DNA of 39,067 nucleotides, from the IMG/VR virus record IMGVR_UViG_2703718794_000007. The stretch is one strand, 5' to 3'. Positions 28,439 through 37,652 of the stretch are shown in pieces; the stretch's first letter is position 1; each line of letters opens with the position of its first letter. The notes beneath the pieces were generated by a model. That model was not told the origin of the DNA. It searched no databases and saw only the letters and a program-made list of their open reading frames with translations. Position numbers and translations under genes: made by a program. The stretch comes from a virus. Its lineage: Duplodnaviria > Heunggongvirae > Uroviricota > Caudoviricetes.

Positions 28439-29573
28439 CCTCTCCGGCCTCCTGTTCGTCGTACCATTCATCCAGAAGATTGCTGAGAGCTTTTCTGTCT
28501 AATTCTAAAAGTTCAGATATGAAGGTTTCCGACGCGGAACCGGCTTCCCATGCTTTACGCGATAAGACGGTTAGGCGGCCTTTATAATTTAGTGCTTCCC
28601 TAATGGGATTTGGCTCGTGTCTCTTCCAACCTTTACGATTGGCGGTTGCCCATAGGTATCTAGTGTTTTGTTGATTAATTAAATTACATTTACTAAGACG
28701 ATCGATGATGCAAGTGGCTGATACTCTGAAAATGCTTTTTAGTCTAAGGACGGTTTCCTCATACGCCCATCCACCACCTTGCATGACGAATTGTTTTCGC
28801 AATGCGCTTTCTGGTACCAAAAAACAAGCAGCAAAGTGATTAGCAACTTTTTCTTCCGGTGAAATTGCTTTGCCATTGGTTTTATAGCTTTTAGCAGGGC
28901 CATCATACTCATCACGGTGGAAGATAAGATGAGCATATTCATGGCAAATACTGAAGATTTGACGTTCTATTGAAATGCTATCGTGAACATTTACATAAAT
29001 CGCGGTACCGTATTTGTTCGAAAACGCAGAAAATCCGAATACCATCCCTTTATCAGTTTCTTCGCGATTGAACGGGATTACTCGAATATCCGATGCTTCC
29101 AAAATGGCTACAATGTCACCAACGCAAGTAGCGTTTCCTATACCGAGACGGAAACGTTCTTCCATAGCCTTATCTTCGACTCTTCGCAAATCTTCTGCTT
29201 TGGCGGTAAAAATAGGCATTGAGTTAGGAAGATCTTCTGGCAAATTAGCATCTGCAGCTTCCTCAATTGCATTGATATTTTTTAACTTTTCAATCAACTC
29301 ATTGCGAAGTTTGGCATCCAACAAATCCGGACTATCTGCTCGCATTGCAAAACGAAACTCGCCATCATCTTGCTCATAAAAATACCCGATAGGCTTATCG
29401 AAAATCTTGCAGAGCATGATGAGTTGGGTAACGCTTGGGACGCCTAGCGCCTGCTCAAACTTACTGTAGGTTTGACGAACAACACCGATCGCATCTGCGA
29501 CGGCGCTTGCACTCATTCCTGCGTCGTTTCTGGCCTGAACCAAGCGTTCTGCTATACGCTGTTGAATGTTCAT
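28428..29573 (-). CDS. XRE-family HTH fused to an ImmA/IrrE (COG2856) zinc metallopeptidase
   Basis: 381 aa; N-terminal helix-turn-helix (MSASAVADAIGVVRQTYSKFE) and HEYAH zinc-binding motif mid-protein. Confidence 0.75.
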   Translation of the reverse strand: MNIQQRIAERLVQARNDAGMSASAVADAIGVVRQTYSKFEQALGVPSVTQLIMLCKIFDKPIGYFYEQDDGEFRFAMRADSPDLLDAKLRNELIEKLKNINAIEEAADANLPEDLPNSMPIFTAKAEDLRRVEDKAMEERFRLGIGNATCVGDIVAILEASDIRVIPFNREETDKGMVFGFSAFSNKYGTAIYVNVHDSISIERQIFSICHEYAHLIFHRDEYDGPAKSYKTNGKAISPEEKVANHFAACFLVPESALRKQFVMQGGGWAYEETVLRLKSIFRVSATCIIDRLSKCNLINQQNTRYLWATANRKGWKRHEPNPIREALNYKGRLTVLSRKAWEAGSASETFISELLELDRKALSNLLDEWYDEQEAGEDAV

Positions 29574-29754
29574 ACGTCACCTGAATTTAACAATGGTGGC
29601 TCTTATGGGTTTAGATTGGTTAATTATTACTAACATTATGAATGGAGAGTTGCAAAAATCATAGTTAAATTATGCAAATTTCATGGAGCGTGATGTGGTG
29701 TGGGTTCACACTCTCTGCTGATTACATCTAGGGCGGTTTCCGCCCTGGCTCTGC

Positions 29755-30066
29755 TTACTCAGGAAATAGCGCCCGGATATTTCCGGCCATCTGACTGGTT
29801 ATCTGTGCGGTTGATACTGGCTGTGATGCGGGGCGTTCTGTCCTAGTTTGTGTCACTGATAACGCTTCATCATCAGCCCATGCAGCCAGTCGGTAAGCCT
29901 CTGCCGGATTCATTTTCAGAAGTGCCAGCCCGGCCAGAAAAGCCACACGTTGGCCGCTTTTGCGGGCTTCTGGTGTAAGGCTGTCCAGCCAGGCGCATGC
30001 TTCGCCTTCGTTCTTTACGGCGGCGGGCTTCAGATAGAAACTTATTCGTCTGGTTGGTGTCGTCAT
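29755..30066 (-). CDS. parR: ParR-like partition adaptor
   Basis: ORF 29755-30201; from MTTPTRRISFYLKP the sequence matches my recollection of R1 ParR (LDS..ER...AFLAGLAL, C-terminal LFPE); directly after parM. Confidence 0.7.
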   Translation of the reverse strand: MTTPTRRISFYLKPAAVKNEGEACAWLDSLTPEARKSGQRVAFLAGLALLKMNPAEAYRLAAWADDEALSVTQTRTERPASQPVSTAQITSQMAGNIRALFPE

Positions 30067-30070
30067 TGGT

Positions 30071-31030
30071 TTACTCCTTGTCCATTGCGTACAGCCCATT
30101 AACCAGAGCAAACTGTGGCACCCCGTCCGCGATGAAAGTCGCATTAACTCCGCAGGCTTCGCGGATAGCGGGTGCCACAATCTCCGCCCCGCCACCGACA
30201 ACCATCACCCGCCCGTAACCCGAAAAACCCGCCAGCGCGCGGATCACGCGTTGTTTCAGTGTTTCTTCCTTTTCACGAATAACCGCCATCAGGCTGGCGT
30301 AATGCGCGTCATTGTGGATGTGCTGGCGCAGCCAGGCTTCATCATGGCGATGTTCGATAATGGTATTGGCGATGTGGTGACTGGTACGCATACCGTTAGT
30401 GGCCATCACCGACAGTACGGCATCGGCCATCAGGGAAACGCCTACGTGTGGATCGCAAAACACCTGGCTGATACCTGCCAGTTGTCCCTGAACCTTTGCC
30501 ACATCCAGCGTGGTTCCGCCCAAATCCACAATCAGCAGGGATTCAAACGGACTCATGTCAGCCAGTGCTTTAAAACCAGCCGGAATGGATTCAGGCATAA
30601 CCCGTACGTTACGGATAGTGAATGCTTGTCCGTTCTGGTAGGCCACCGGGCGCATGACGTTTGCTTTTTTGCGGTTGATGTTGGCCATGTCCGGCTGTGC
30701 GTTTGTGTCGAAATATTCGCTCAGTGGCAGGGTGACAACCACATCCACCTCCTGTGGTGTGATGCCTGATTTGACCAGCGCGTGATGAATGGCAATGACA
30801 TTCACATCGCTGTACTGGTATTGCGTGTCGGTCGTCTGGACAAAGCGATCGCTGACCGGATCAAAACCATAGCGCACGCCATCAAGCATGTAGTTCGCGG
30901 GCTGCGTGCCACCGAACGGCGCAGACCATTCCGACTTGAAGCTGTTCGGGCTGATGGCGTTGCGGCGTTCGCCGTTCTCAGTCCATGCCAGCTTGATGTT
31001 GGTGGAGCCGTCATCGATACAAATTTTCAT
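30071..31030 (-). CDS. parM: ParM/StbA-like actin-fold segregation ATPase
   Basis: 319 aa; MKICIDDGSTNIKLAW, VMPESIPAG, LIVDLGGTTLD and VVGGGAEI match ParM motifs. Confidence 0.8.
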   Translation of the reverse strand: MKICIDDGSTNIKLAWTENGERRNAISPNSFKSEWSAPFGGTQPANYMLDGVRYGFDPVSDRFVQTTDTQYQYSDVNVIAIHHALVKSGITPQEVDVVVTLPLSEYFDTNAQPDMANINRKKANVMRPVAYQNGQAFTIRNVRVMPESIPAGFKALADMSPFESLLIVDLGGTTLDVAKVQGQLAGISQVFCDPHVGVSLMADAVLSVMATNGMRTSHHIANTIIEHRHDEAWLRQHIHNDAHYASLMAVIREKEETLKQRVIRALAGFSGYGRVMVVGGGAEIVAPAIREACGVNATFIADGVPQFALVNGLYAMDKE

Positions 31031-31061
31031 GTCGCTTTTCCTTATGTTGATTAATTAATCG

Positions 31062-31170
31062 TTTACGGGATTCTGAAATCCCGTTTTTGCCTGTTTTATG
31101 CGCGCTTCATATATCGCGGCGCGTTTTTTGCTCATTTACGGGATTTGTGAATCCCGTTTCTGTCTGTTTT
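31062..31170. repeat. Two 36-bp direct repeats, each an 8-bp-stem dyad followed by a T-rich tail
   Basis: Copies at 31062-31097 and 31135-31170 (ACGGGATT-N4-AATCCCGT); copy 1 is between the A stop and parM start, copy 2 is inside the last codons of A. Confidence 0.45.
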
Positions 31171-33929
31171 TTGTTTCCACTGGTCAGGCCACCCCGCAGC
31201 AGGTCTGCTTTGCGGCGGGCGCGTTCAGTGGTTTCACTGATTCTCTGTGCGTGCTCTGCGTCGCGGATGGCGCGCAGCATGTCAGAAAGCACGGTAACGG
31301 GGGTTTTCATGGTGTTCTGGTCCTGCTGAAGTGTGGATGCCAGGCGTGCGGCGGCTTCGGGGTCTGATGCCCCCAGCTGTTCCAGATAGCTGGCGACCGG
31401 GTTATGGCGGATCTCCGTGCTGCTTACGCCGTGGTTACGGCTCAGGCGCTGCCAGAGATGCGTGATCCGGCTGTCCGGTCGGGTATCCGGTTTGCGTACA
31501 ATTTCAAATCCCTGCGGTGCAATGATGCTGCCGTCAACGTACAGACTGCCGCCCCGTAACAGGTGCTGCATCTGCTGTTCACCGATATGCAGGCCGAGAG
31601 ATTCAGCAGACTCCCGCCATTCTTTAGCGAGTAATTCGTGGTTATCAGGCAAAGGCCGCTGCTGTTTGCGGCTCTGTGTCCAGCTCTGCATTTCATCACT
31701 GCTGTTTTTTACCTGTTTGTCACGAAGCGAACGCATCAGCGCCCGGCGTTCGTGCCGTTTCAGTGAGCGCATCCATTCGTTCACTTCAACGCCGTCAGGG
31801 AGTTGCGGCCACGGTGCTGGCCGTTCTTCCGGCTGTTCTGTCCCGTTGTTGTCCGTTTCCTGTACACGGGGACAGTTATTGCCACGAGTCCAAGGGGCGG
31901 CAGGGCCGCCCTGAAGGTCAAAACCATTTTCGCGGGCGCTGTCTTCCGCTTCCGGTTTACGTCTTACCAGCTTCCAGTTATCCGGGTGCGTGCACACGCG
32001 GGAAGACTCCCCGATGAGCGGCGACCAGATCCCGTAAATCTGTACACTCTGCTCGCCGTAATCGTTCATCTCATCTGCGAGGTCGTAGGCGGTGCGAATC
32101 AGGTAGTCTTTGCGTGGAACAAGTACGCCACCCTGTTTCTCAATGTAGGTGGCAAAACATCCGGCATCAGCGGCAGCGAGTACCGCGTCCATTGCGTCAT
32201 CCTTCAGCCGTTGCGGGCCTTCCGGGTTGCGTGCCATCTGGCTGGCAAGGCGGCGCAGTTCACGCCACACCTGACGGGAGGGGATACCAAAGAACTGGAA
32301 CTGGCGGACCCGGTGAAGGCGCGCCCAGCCGATGGCGCGTTCCACGCTCTCGGCCATTGATTTTCCGGTTTCGTGGTCAACGCGTGGCTTGCCCGTTTTC
32401 GGGTCGATGCCATCCACGGCGCGGCTGTCCAGGTTCTTTCCGATGTAGGTGGCGATGTAGCTGGTTGGTGTGCCTTTTGAGCCGTCGACATACTCCACCT
32501 TAAAGCGCGGAGTAATATCATTGCCCAGCTCGTGGCGGTCTTCCTGAATGGCAATATCGCGGGTGATGGCCACGATGCTGTCGATTTCTTCCGGATGAGC
32601 AAAGACCATCATGTGCCAGTGCACGGTGCCGTCATGGTGAGGCTCCACCGTGCGGATGCCATACCAGCGCAGGCCGTCGCGGTTCAGTTTTTTGCGGACC
32701 GCCGCAAAAAACGTGTTAACCAGGTAATCGCTGGAGTCGCGCATGGTGGCCCCGTTCCATTTGGGGTTCGGATGACCGTTCTCCGTTGTTGCGTGGTATT
32801 TTGACGGGCAGGTGACAGTCAGAAACACCGCTCTGTCGCCACGGGCTTCGGCCAGAAGTTCCAGTCCCTTCATGGTGGCCATCATTTCTGCCTTACGGTG
32901 AACCGGGTTACTTACTCCCGCGTAATACACCGTCTCGAGATCAATCGTGAACCCGTCTTCATTTTCCAGCATGAAACTTTTCAGGAAATCGCGTGTTTTC
33001 TCGCGCTGTGCGCGAAACTCGCTTAACGCGTCCTGGCTCAGATAGGGCGATGTTTTTCTGGAAACCAGACAGGCGGCGCGGAGTTGTTCTTCTCTCCACT
33101 CGCAACGTACCAGCCACAATTTGCGTTTCCACCATTCCGCACAGGTCAGGCGAAGGATTGCGCCCGGCAGCAGCTCCGTGTCCGGTTCGTTCCTCCGGTC
33201 TTTGTCTGTTGTCAGTGCGTCATAATGTGGAGGCATGGCGTGCAGGTGTAACGCCATGCGGGCCAGCATCTGATACGCCTTCAGCGTTACATCCATGGTC
33301 AGTTCACCATCAGTCGCGCCAAAGCCATCGCAGAGTTTTTCGAAGGTGCTGCTGAACATCGCCGCCGTCATGGTGGCCAGCGTCTGTATCTGGTGTTTGT
33401 TGAGCTGCGGCAGGTAAAGCAAATCGTCCAGGCGTTCGCGTCCGGCAAGGGAGCGATAACCCGGTGTCAGCCAGCGTCCGTCAGTGCGATCCAGACGTTC
33501 GAATATTTTGCGCAGGGTTCCGCGTGCATAGCGTTCCGCCTGCCAGCTCTTTTTGCCTTTCCGGCGATCGGCTTCCTGTTTTTTGCGCAGGAAGGAGAGG
33601 TGGCGAATAAGCGGATCGCGCAGATAGGACGGCAGCAGGCGCAGCGAGGCCATGGCTTCATCCACCGCGCCGCGTGCCTGTTTTCTGGCGTCTCCTGCCA
33701 GTGTGATGGTTTTGTCCTGTTTTTCCTGTGCGTCCAGGCTTTTATTAATCAGGCCGCCCAGCGGCGTGGCGGAGAACGCCGCATCAGCCATTTCCTGGCG
33801 GCGCTCGTTCTCTGCCCGGTAGGCATCCAGCCAGGAGGAAAGCGCGGATTCAGGAGCGGGGATCCCCGTTCCTTCACGCCCCACTGCGTGGCGCGGTTGT
33901 TGCCAGTCCCTGATGTACTCTGCCGTCAT
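31107..33929 (-). CDS. A: Replication initiator A (rolling-circle HUH endonuclease)
   Basis: 940 aa; HWHMMVF and YIATYIGK motifs typical of the P2 gpA family. Confidence 0.8.
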   Translation of the reverse strand: MTAEYIRDWQQPRHAVGREGTGIPAPESALSSWLDAYRAENERRQEMADAAFSATPLGGLINKSLDAQEKQDKTITLAGDARKQARGAVDEAMASLRLLPSYLRDPLIRHLSFLRKKQEADRRKGKKSWQAERYARGTLRKIFERLDRTDGRWLTPGYRSLAGRERLDDLLYLPQLNKHQIQTLATMTAAMFSSTFEKLCDGFGATDGELTMDVTLKAYQMLARMALHLHAMPPHYDALTTDKDRRNEPDTELLPGAILRLTCAEWWKRKLWLVRCEWREEQLRAACLVSRKTSPYLSQDALSEFRAQREKTRDFLKSFMLENEDGFTIDLETVYYAGVSNPVHRKAEMMATMKGLELLAEARGDRAVFLTVTCPSKYHATTENGHPNPKWNGATMRDSSDYLVNTFFAAVRKKLNRDGLRWYGIRTVEPHHDGTVHWHMMVFAHPEEIDSIVAITRDIAIQEDRHELGNDITPRFKVEYVDGSKGTPTSYIATYIGKNLDSRAVDGIDPKTGKPRVDHETGKSMAESVERAIGWARLHRVRQFQFFGIPSRQVWRELRRLASQMARNPEGPQRLKDDAMDAVLAAADAGCFATYIEKQGGVLVPRKDYLIRTAYDLADEMNDYGEQSVQIYGIWSPLIGESSRVCTHPDNWKLVRRKPEAEDSARENGFDLQGGPAAPWTRGNNCPRVQETDNNGTEQPEERPAPWPQLPDGVEVNEWMRSLKRHERRALMRSLRDKQVKNSSDEMQSWTQSRKQQRPLPDNHELLAKEWRESAESLGLHIGEQQMQHLLRGGSLYVDGSIIAPQGFEIVRKPDTRPDSRITHLWQRLSRNHGVSSTEIRHNPVASYLEQLGASDPEAAARLASTLQQDQNTMKTPVTVLSDMLRAIRDAEHAQRISETTERARRKADLLRGGLTSGNKKQTETGFTNPVNEQKTRRDI

Positions 33930-33935
33930 AGTGAT

Positions 33936-34301
33936 TTACTTCGTCATGCCATTCAGGGTGTCGCGGCAGACTGTAGCCAGCCGCTGAATTTCCAGCACGG
34001 TGTCTTCTGTGTCGGCATGGCGATGTGTGATGCGGATGCTGTCGGCAATCACATCGACGATTGCAGAGGATGGGCGCTGGTAAATGCCAATAACGGACGG
34101 GGTGCCACCTTCAATGCGGTAAAGCCTGTAATTTCCCTCGTGGCTGTCAATCATGTAGCGACCATCAATAACAATCTTTCCGTCAGCGAGCTGCGGTACA
34201 GGCAGGGATTTCAGGTACATGTCATAACGATCACGCACGCGAGCGGCAAGATCACGTTCTGTGTTGAGCAGGTATTCAAGAAAGTCGTTGGCGAGAATCA
34301 T
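33936..34301 (-). CDS. Hypothetical early-region protein
   Basis: 121-aa ORF immediately upstream of A on the same strand. Confidence 0.55.
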   Translation of the reverse strand: MILANDFLEYLLNTERDLAARVRDRYDMYLKSLPVPQLADGKIVIDGRYMIDSHEGNYRLYRIEGGTPSVIGIYQRPSSAIVDVIADSIRITHRHADTEDTVLEIQRLATVCRDTLNGMTK

Positions 34302-34412
34302 TGCGGCAATCCTCTTGTTACAGATGTGCGAAGGCCTCCCGCCGCAAGGTGCAGGAAAGGCCCGGAACAGGAATTAATGGAGTTTGTTTTGCTGCTGGAT
34401 GAGCTGTTGAAG

Positions 34413-34604
34413 CTAGTGCATATCATCCGCCAGATAGCTGAAAACAGAGGCGGAATAAATGTTTGATAGTGCGTGGCTGCGCTCATGCAGCATATTGATG
34501 TGCATGATTTGCGCGACGCGTGATGCGCGGGAAAGTCTGCGGTTGATTTCAGTCTGGATGTGACGACGCTCCGCGATAGCGCGGTGTGGTTTGCGGTTTG
34601 CCAT
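34413..34604 (-). CDS. Small hypothetical protein
   Basis: 63-aa ORF with a basic N-terminus; the overlapping 205-aa ORF looks like a non-coding frame. Confidence 0.35.
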   Translation of the reverse strand: MANRKPHRAIAERRHIQTEINRRLSRASRVAQIMHINMLHERSHALSNIYSASVFSYLADDMH

Positions 34605-34926
34605 GGTGTGGCCCCTTGTGTAGTAAGTTGTGAAAACTCACCATCCAGAGCTGCGAAACTGTGGGTGGCGAGACGTACGAGGTTCGCAGTACCGGCTACA
34701 CAAGAACCCGGCCCGACCGAAGTCGGCCCCGTACGCCCCGCCATAATTCTGACGCGAAAAAAACGTGGCAATACAGTACGCACAAAAAAACCGCTGGCGC
34801 GGTTGTGCGCTTGTGTAGTCAGCAGGCTGCGAAACCCGACACCCGTTTTGTGAGGTGCAGCGGAAATGTAACCTGACTGATTGCGGCATGGCAAGCGGTT
34901 TTTTTGTGTGTGCATGTTCTGGTTTC

Positions 34927-35226
34927 TTACTGGTTCAGAAAAAAATCAAAAACCTTGTCAATGCGTTGCAGCAGCTCTTGCTGTATTGCTTCCGGTGTTT
35001 CCGGTTCGCCTGGCGCCTTCAACGTCGCGCAGAAATCAGCGATTTCATGATGGAGCGTCAGGCGAATGGCAGGAGCCGTGGTTCTGGCGTGCTCCAGCTC
35101 ATCCAGCAGTGCCAGCACAGCAGACGGCGAGAGCATTGCGCGAAATACCAGTAATTTTTGAGGCGTTGCCATTCGTTGCAGGGCAAATGCCAGTTCGCGT
35201 AGCTTCTGGTGATTGATGGTGCTCAT
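34927..35226 (-). CDS. Hypothetical early-region protein
   Basis: 99-aa ORF in the cox-to-A operon. Confidence 0.5.
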   Translation of the reverse strand: MSTINHQKLRELAFALQRMATPQKLLVFRAMLSPSAVLALLDELEHARTTAPAIRLTLHHEIADFCATLKAPGEPETPEAIQQELLQRIDKVFDFFLNQ

Positions 35227-35489
35227 GCTCTGGTTTCCTTCAGTAGCTGGTTAAACATGTGAGTAAGTGGATTGCTACACCCGAACGGCATCGGGTTTAC
35301 GTGGTAAGAAGCTTGGCCTCCTGCTTTGCGAGCGCGACCACCTGTGCTGCGGTTTGTTCTGATGACTAAGCCGCCGCGCCAGAGTCGGCGTAACTCAGCA
35401 TTGATGGCTGTGGTTGGGGTATTCAGTGCTGCGGCGATTTCTCCGCCGCTACAACCCGGATGGGTAGCGATGTAGTCCAGAATGGTCAT
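35223..35489 (-). CDS. Small putative winged-helix DNA-binding protein
   Basis: 88 aa, ATGA-coupled to the upstream gene; helix-turn-helix-like GCSGGEIAAALNTPTTAINAELRRL. Confidence 0.5.
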   Translation of the reverse strand: MTILDYIATHPGCSGGEIAAALNTPTTAINAELRRLWRGGLVIRTNRSTGGRARKAGGQASYHVNPMPFGCSNPLTHMFNQLLKETRA

Positions 35490-35689
35490 CTGCGTGGCTC
35501 CTGTACCTGTCGGATAAGATTCACCCGCGCCACGTTGGTGGCGCAGAAGTAAGTGCCGTCAGTGAGGTAGATGTGGTGTGCATCCTTTTCCGAACGGTGT
35601 TTGTCGATTGTGGTAATCAGGCGTTCGTCGACTTCGTATTCACGCCCTCTGGAGGTAAAACGAACGACAGGAAAATGCTTAATTGCCAT
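35486..35689 (-). CDS. Hypothetical early-region protein
   Basis: 67-aa ORF, translationally coupled. Confidence 0.45.
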   Translation of the reverse strand: MAIKHFPVVRFTSRGREYEVDERLITTIDKHRSEKDAHHIYLTDGTYFCATNVARVNLIRQVQEPRR

Positions 35690-35775
35690 TACGCCTCCTT
35701 GGCGTGTGCGAATACCTCCGCTAATGCGGATTGTTTTTACATTTTCTTATTTTATCTGTGGTTTTATTTGCTCTG

Positions 35776-35889
35776 TTATTCGCCAGTGAAAAAACGTTCA
35801 ATCTTTTTTATTGAATGAATAATTCGCATAATCCCAATAGCGCAGGCCACCGAAATAATCAGAACAAGCCATGAGATAAATATACTCAT
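35776..35889 (-). CDS. Small hydrophobic peptide (37 aa)
   Basis: Hand-translated MSIFISWLVLIISVACAIGIMRIIHSIKKIERFFTGE; ATGA overlap with the upstream gene stop. Confidence 0.35.
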   Translation of the reverse strand: MSIFISWLVLIISVACAIGIMRIIHSIKKIERFFTGE

Positions 35890-36131
35890 GCGATATTCCC
35901 CAGCTTATACGGTTCAATATGTTCCCCGCATTCTGCGGCACAGATCAGCTCGGAAAGTTCGTTAAGTGCATCCAGATCATCAGCGTAAAAAGCCACGTCA
36001 TACAGACTTCGGATTGCTCTGGTCAATGAGTCACGGGCCGCACGTTCAGCATGAGCGCCTGATGCACTTAAGCGAAAATAAAAACGCTCAAGTGCTTTGT
36101 TAATGAGAGTTTTATATTCTTTGCCCATCAC
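35886..36131 (-). CDS. Hypothetical early-region protein
   Basis: 81-aa ORF. Confidence 0.45.
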   Translation of the reverse strand: MMGKEYKTLINKALERFYFRLSASGAHAERAARDSLTRAIRSLYDVAFYADDLDALNELSELICAAECGEHIEPYKLGNIA

Positions 36132-36139
36132 AACGCCCT

Positions 36140-36427
36140 TTAATCTGCTTTCTGTATTTCAGCTTCTGAATCCATACAAATAATTTCGATATAGGGTTCA
36201 TCGCCATTAGCCTGGCGTGCCTTTTCAGCTTCGCTAATGATTTCTCGTACGGTCTGGTACGGAAGTTCCAGAAGCAGTCGCGTGCCGTTCAGATAAACGT
36301 AAGTGGCTTCGTCGGCTCCGTTTTTACCCGCCGGAGTCACTCCGTCAATAGCGGATGCACGTAATAACAGTTCACCGCGAAAATCAATAAAACGGATAAA
36401 TACACCTTGTGCATGGTCTTTGGTCAT
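36140..36427 (-). CDS. Hypothetical early-region protein
   Basis: ORF 36140-36541; start placed at MTKDHAQ, after the upstream stop. Confidence 0.45.
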   Translation of the reverse strand: MTKDHAQGVFIRFIDFRGELLLRASAIDGVTPAGKNGADEATYVYLNGTRLLLELPYQTVREIISEAEKARQANGDEPYIEIICMDSEAEIQKAD

Positions 36428-36437
36428 AAAGCACCTG

Positions 36438-36779
36438 TTATAAATCAGCCTGTTTAATAAAACTTTGCCCGCGAAGCAGACGATCAACCGTGCGAAGTGC
36501 TTCGTATAATGTGAAATCCTGCCCGAACTGATTGTCGCCACTGCTTAGAGCAAAAATGCGGTTTCCGGTAAACGGATTGTGTGGGCATTTGTGGATCACG
36601 ATTCCAGCTTTCTCAATCAGCCAGGCATGCTCGCCGATTTGTTTTACTGGGTAGCCATCCGGCGTTGCGTGTGTATCACTCAGGCTGTAGCGGATGTTGC
36701 TGCGTGATGCACTGGTAGCAAAACGGTTAGCGTGGCGTTCTGCACCATTGCGAAAGCGTGAATTACGTTGCTGTTTCAT
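36438..36779 (-). CDS. Hypothetical early-region protein
   Basis: 113-aa ORF. Confidence 0.45.
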   Translation of the reverse strand: MKQQRNSRFRNGAERHANRFATSASRSNIRYSLSDTHATPDGYPVKQIGEHAWLIEKAGIVIHKCPHNPFTGNRIFALSSGDNQFGQDFTLYEALRTVDRLLRGQSFIKQADL

Positions 36780-37031
36780 GTTAAAGACTCTGTACAGATT
36801 TAATTATTCCGGCATAGAGGCCGAACTCAAAATATTTGCGATTAAATCGCATCGCATTGTTTTCACGTTTTGCGGACTGCTGGTTCATTTTCGTTTGCCT
36901 CCGCACATGAGAATTGCGCCGCTTAAGAGGTAACCGAAGTTAATTGATAGTATTACAATTAACATAAGGTCCAATTTGTCCATGCCACACATAATTACCC
37001 TCATTGCAGTAGTTGTGGGTTGTCAGGTTTC

Positions 37032-37238
37032 TCACCCGATAAACCAGATAACAAACGCTATAAACATCGCCCCAATAGCTGCCGGGAAAAGTCCTTTGGT
37101 ATAAGCGGCGATATATTCAATGCTGAGTTCAATAAAGCGTTCTTCATGTCCCGTTAACTTGCGAAACAAATAGATCTCTATTACGCCTATCTCAATAAAA
37201 ACAAGGGTCAGAATGGCGCTGATGATATGGCTGGTCAT
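37032..37238 (-). CDS. Small two-helix membrane protein
   Basis: 68-aa hydrophobic ORF directly downstream of cox. Confidence 0.45.
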   Translation of the reverse strand: MTSHIISAILTLVFIEIGVIEIYLFRKLTGHEERFIELSIEYIAAYTKGLFPAAIGAMFIAFVIWFIG

Positions 37239-37244
37239 TTATGA

Positions 37245-37532
37245 CTAAAGTCCCAGCCACAACAACCATGCGTCGCGGCGTTCTTTCGGTTGCTCAAAAA
37301 ACGCTTTGCGCATGCCTTCGTTAAATGCTGGCAGATATACCCAGTTTTCTGATGCACGCGTCTTTACTGAACCTGGTTTCACAAAGTCAATTGTCGGTAG
37401 CTTTGCTGCGTCAATCATGGTTCTGACTGTGGATTCCTTGCGGCCGATCATCTTGGCGAATAGTTGATATGGCACCGCTTCAAGTGGATATGGTGCTACC
37501 TGAATGAACCCCCCAAGCTCTGATTCGCTCAT
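37245..37532 (-). CDS. cox: Cox excisionase/repressor
   Basis: 95 aa; PYQLFAKMIG...WVYLPAFNEG...WLLWLGL closely resembles P2 Cox. Confidence 0.8.
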   Translation of the reverse strand: MSESELGGFIQVAPYPLEAVPYQLFAKMIGRKESTVRTMIDAAKLPTIDFVKPGSVKTRASENWVYLPAFNEGMRKAFFEQPKERRDAWLLWLGL

Positions 37533-37556
37533 TGTGGTAATCTCCCTAATTCGTTC

Positions 37557-37652
37557 GAATGGCTCAAAATGGCTTATATCGGCTTATTTGAGTGTTTTTA
37601 TGTTTGTGCCCGATGTGGCATGTTGCGATGGAGGATATGCCCGATATGGCAT
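37557..37652. promoter_or_regulatory. Immunity switch region with candidate Cox boxes and C operators
   Basis: TGGCT(C/T)A-type repeats at 37557-37590; GCCCGATGTGGCAT at 37608-37621 and GCCCGATATGGCAT at 37639-37652, the latter overlapping the C start. Confidence 0.4.

Noticed and set aside
26774-31106. Retron or old/tin genes as in P2
   Set aside because: No reverse-transcriptase-sized ORF and no long OLD-type ATPase ORF; the region instead holds parMR and the HTH-peptidase/PIN pair.
34298-34915. 205-aa minus-strand ORF
   Set aside because: Ser/Thr/Arg-rich composition typical of an out-of-frame read through GC-rich DNA; overlaps a better small ORF and stem-loops.
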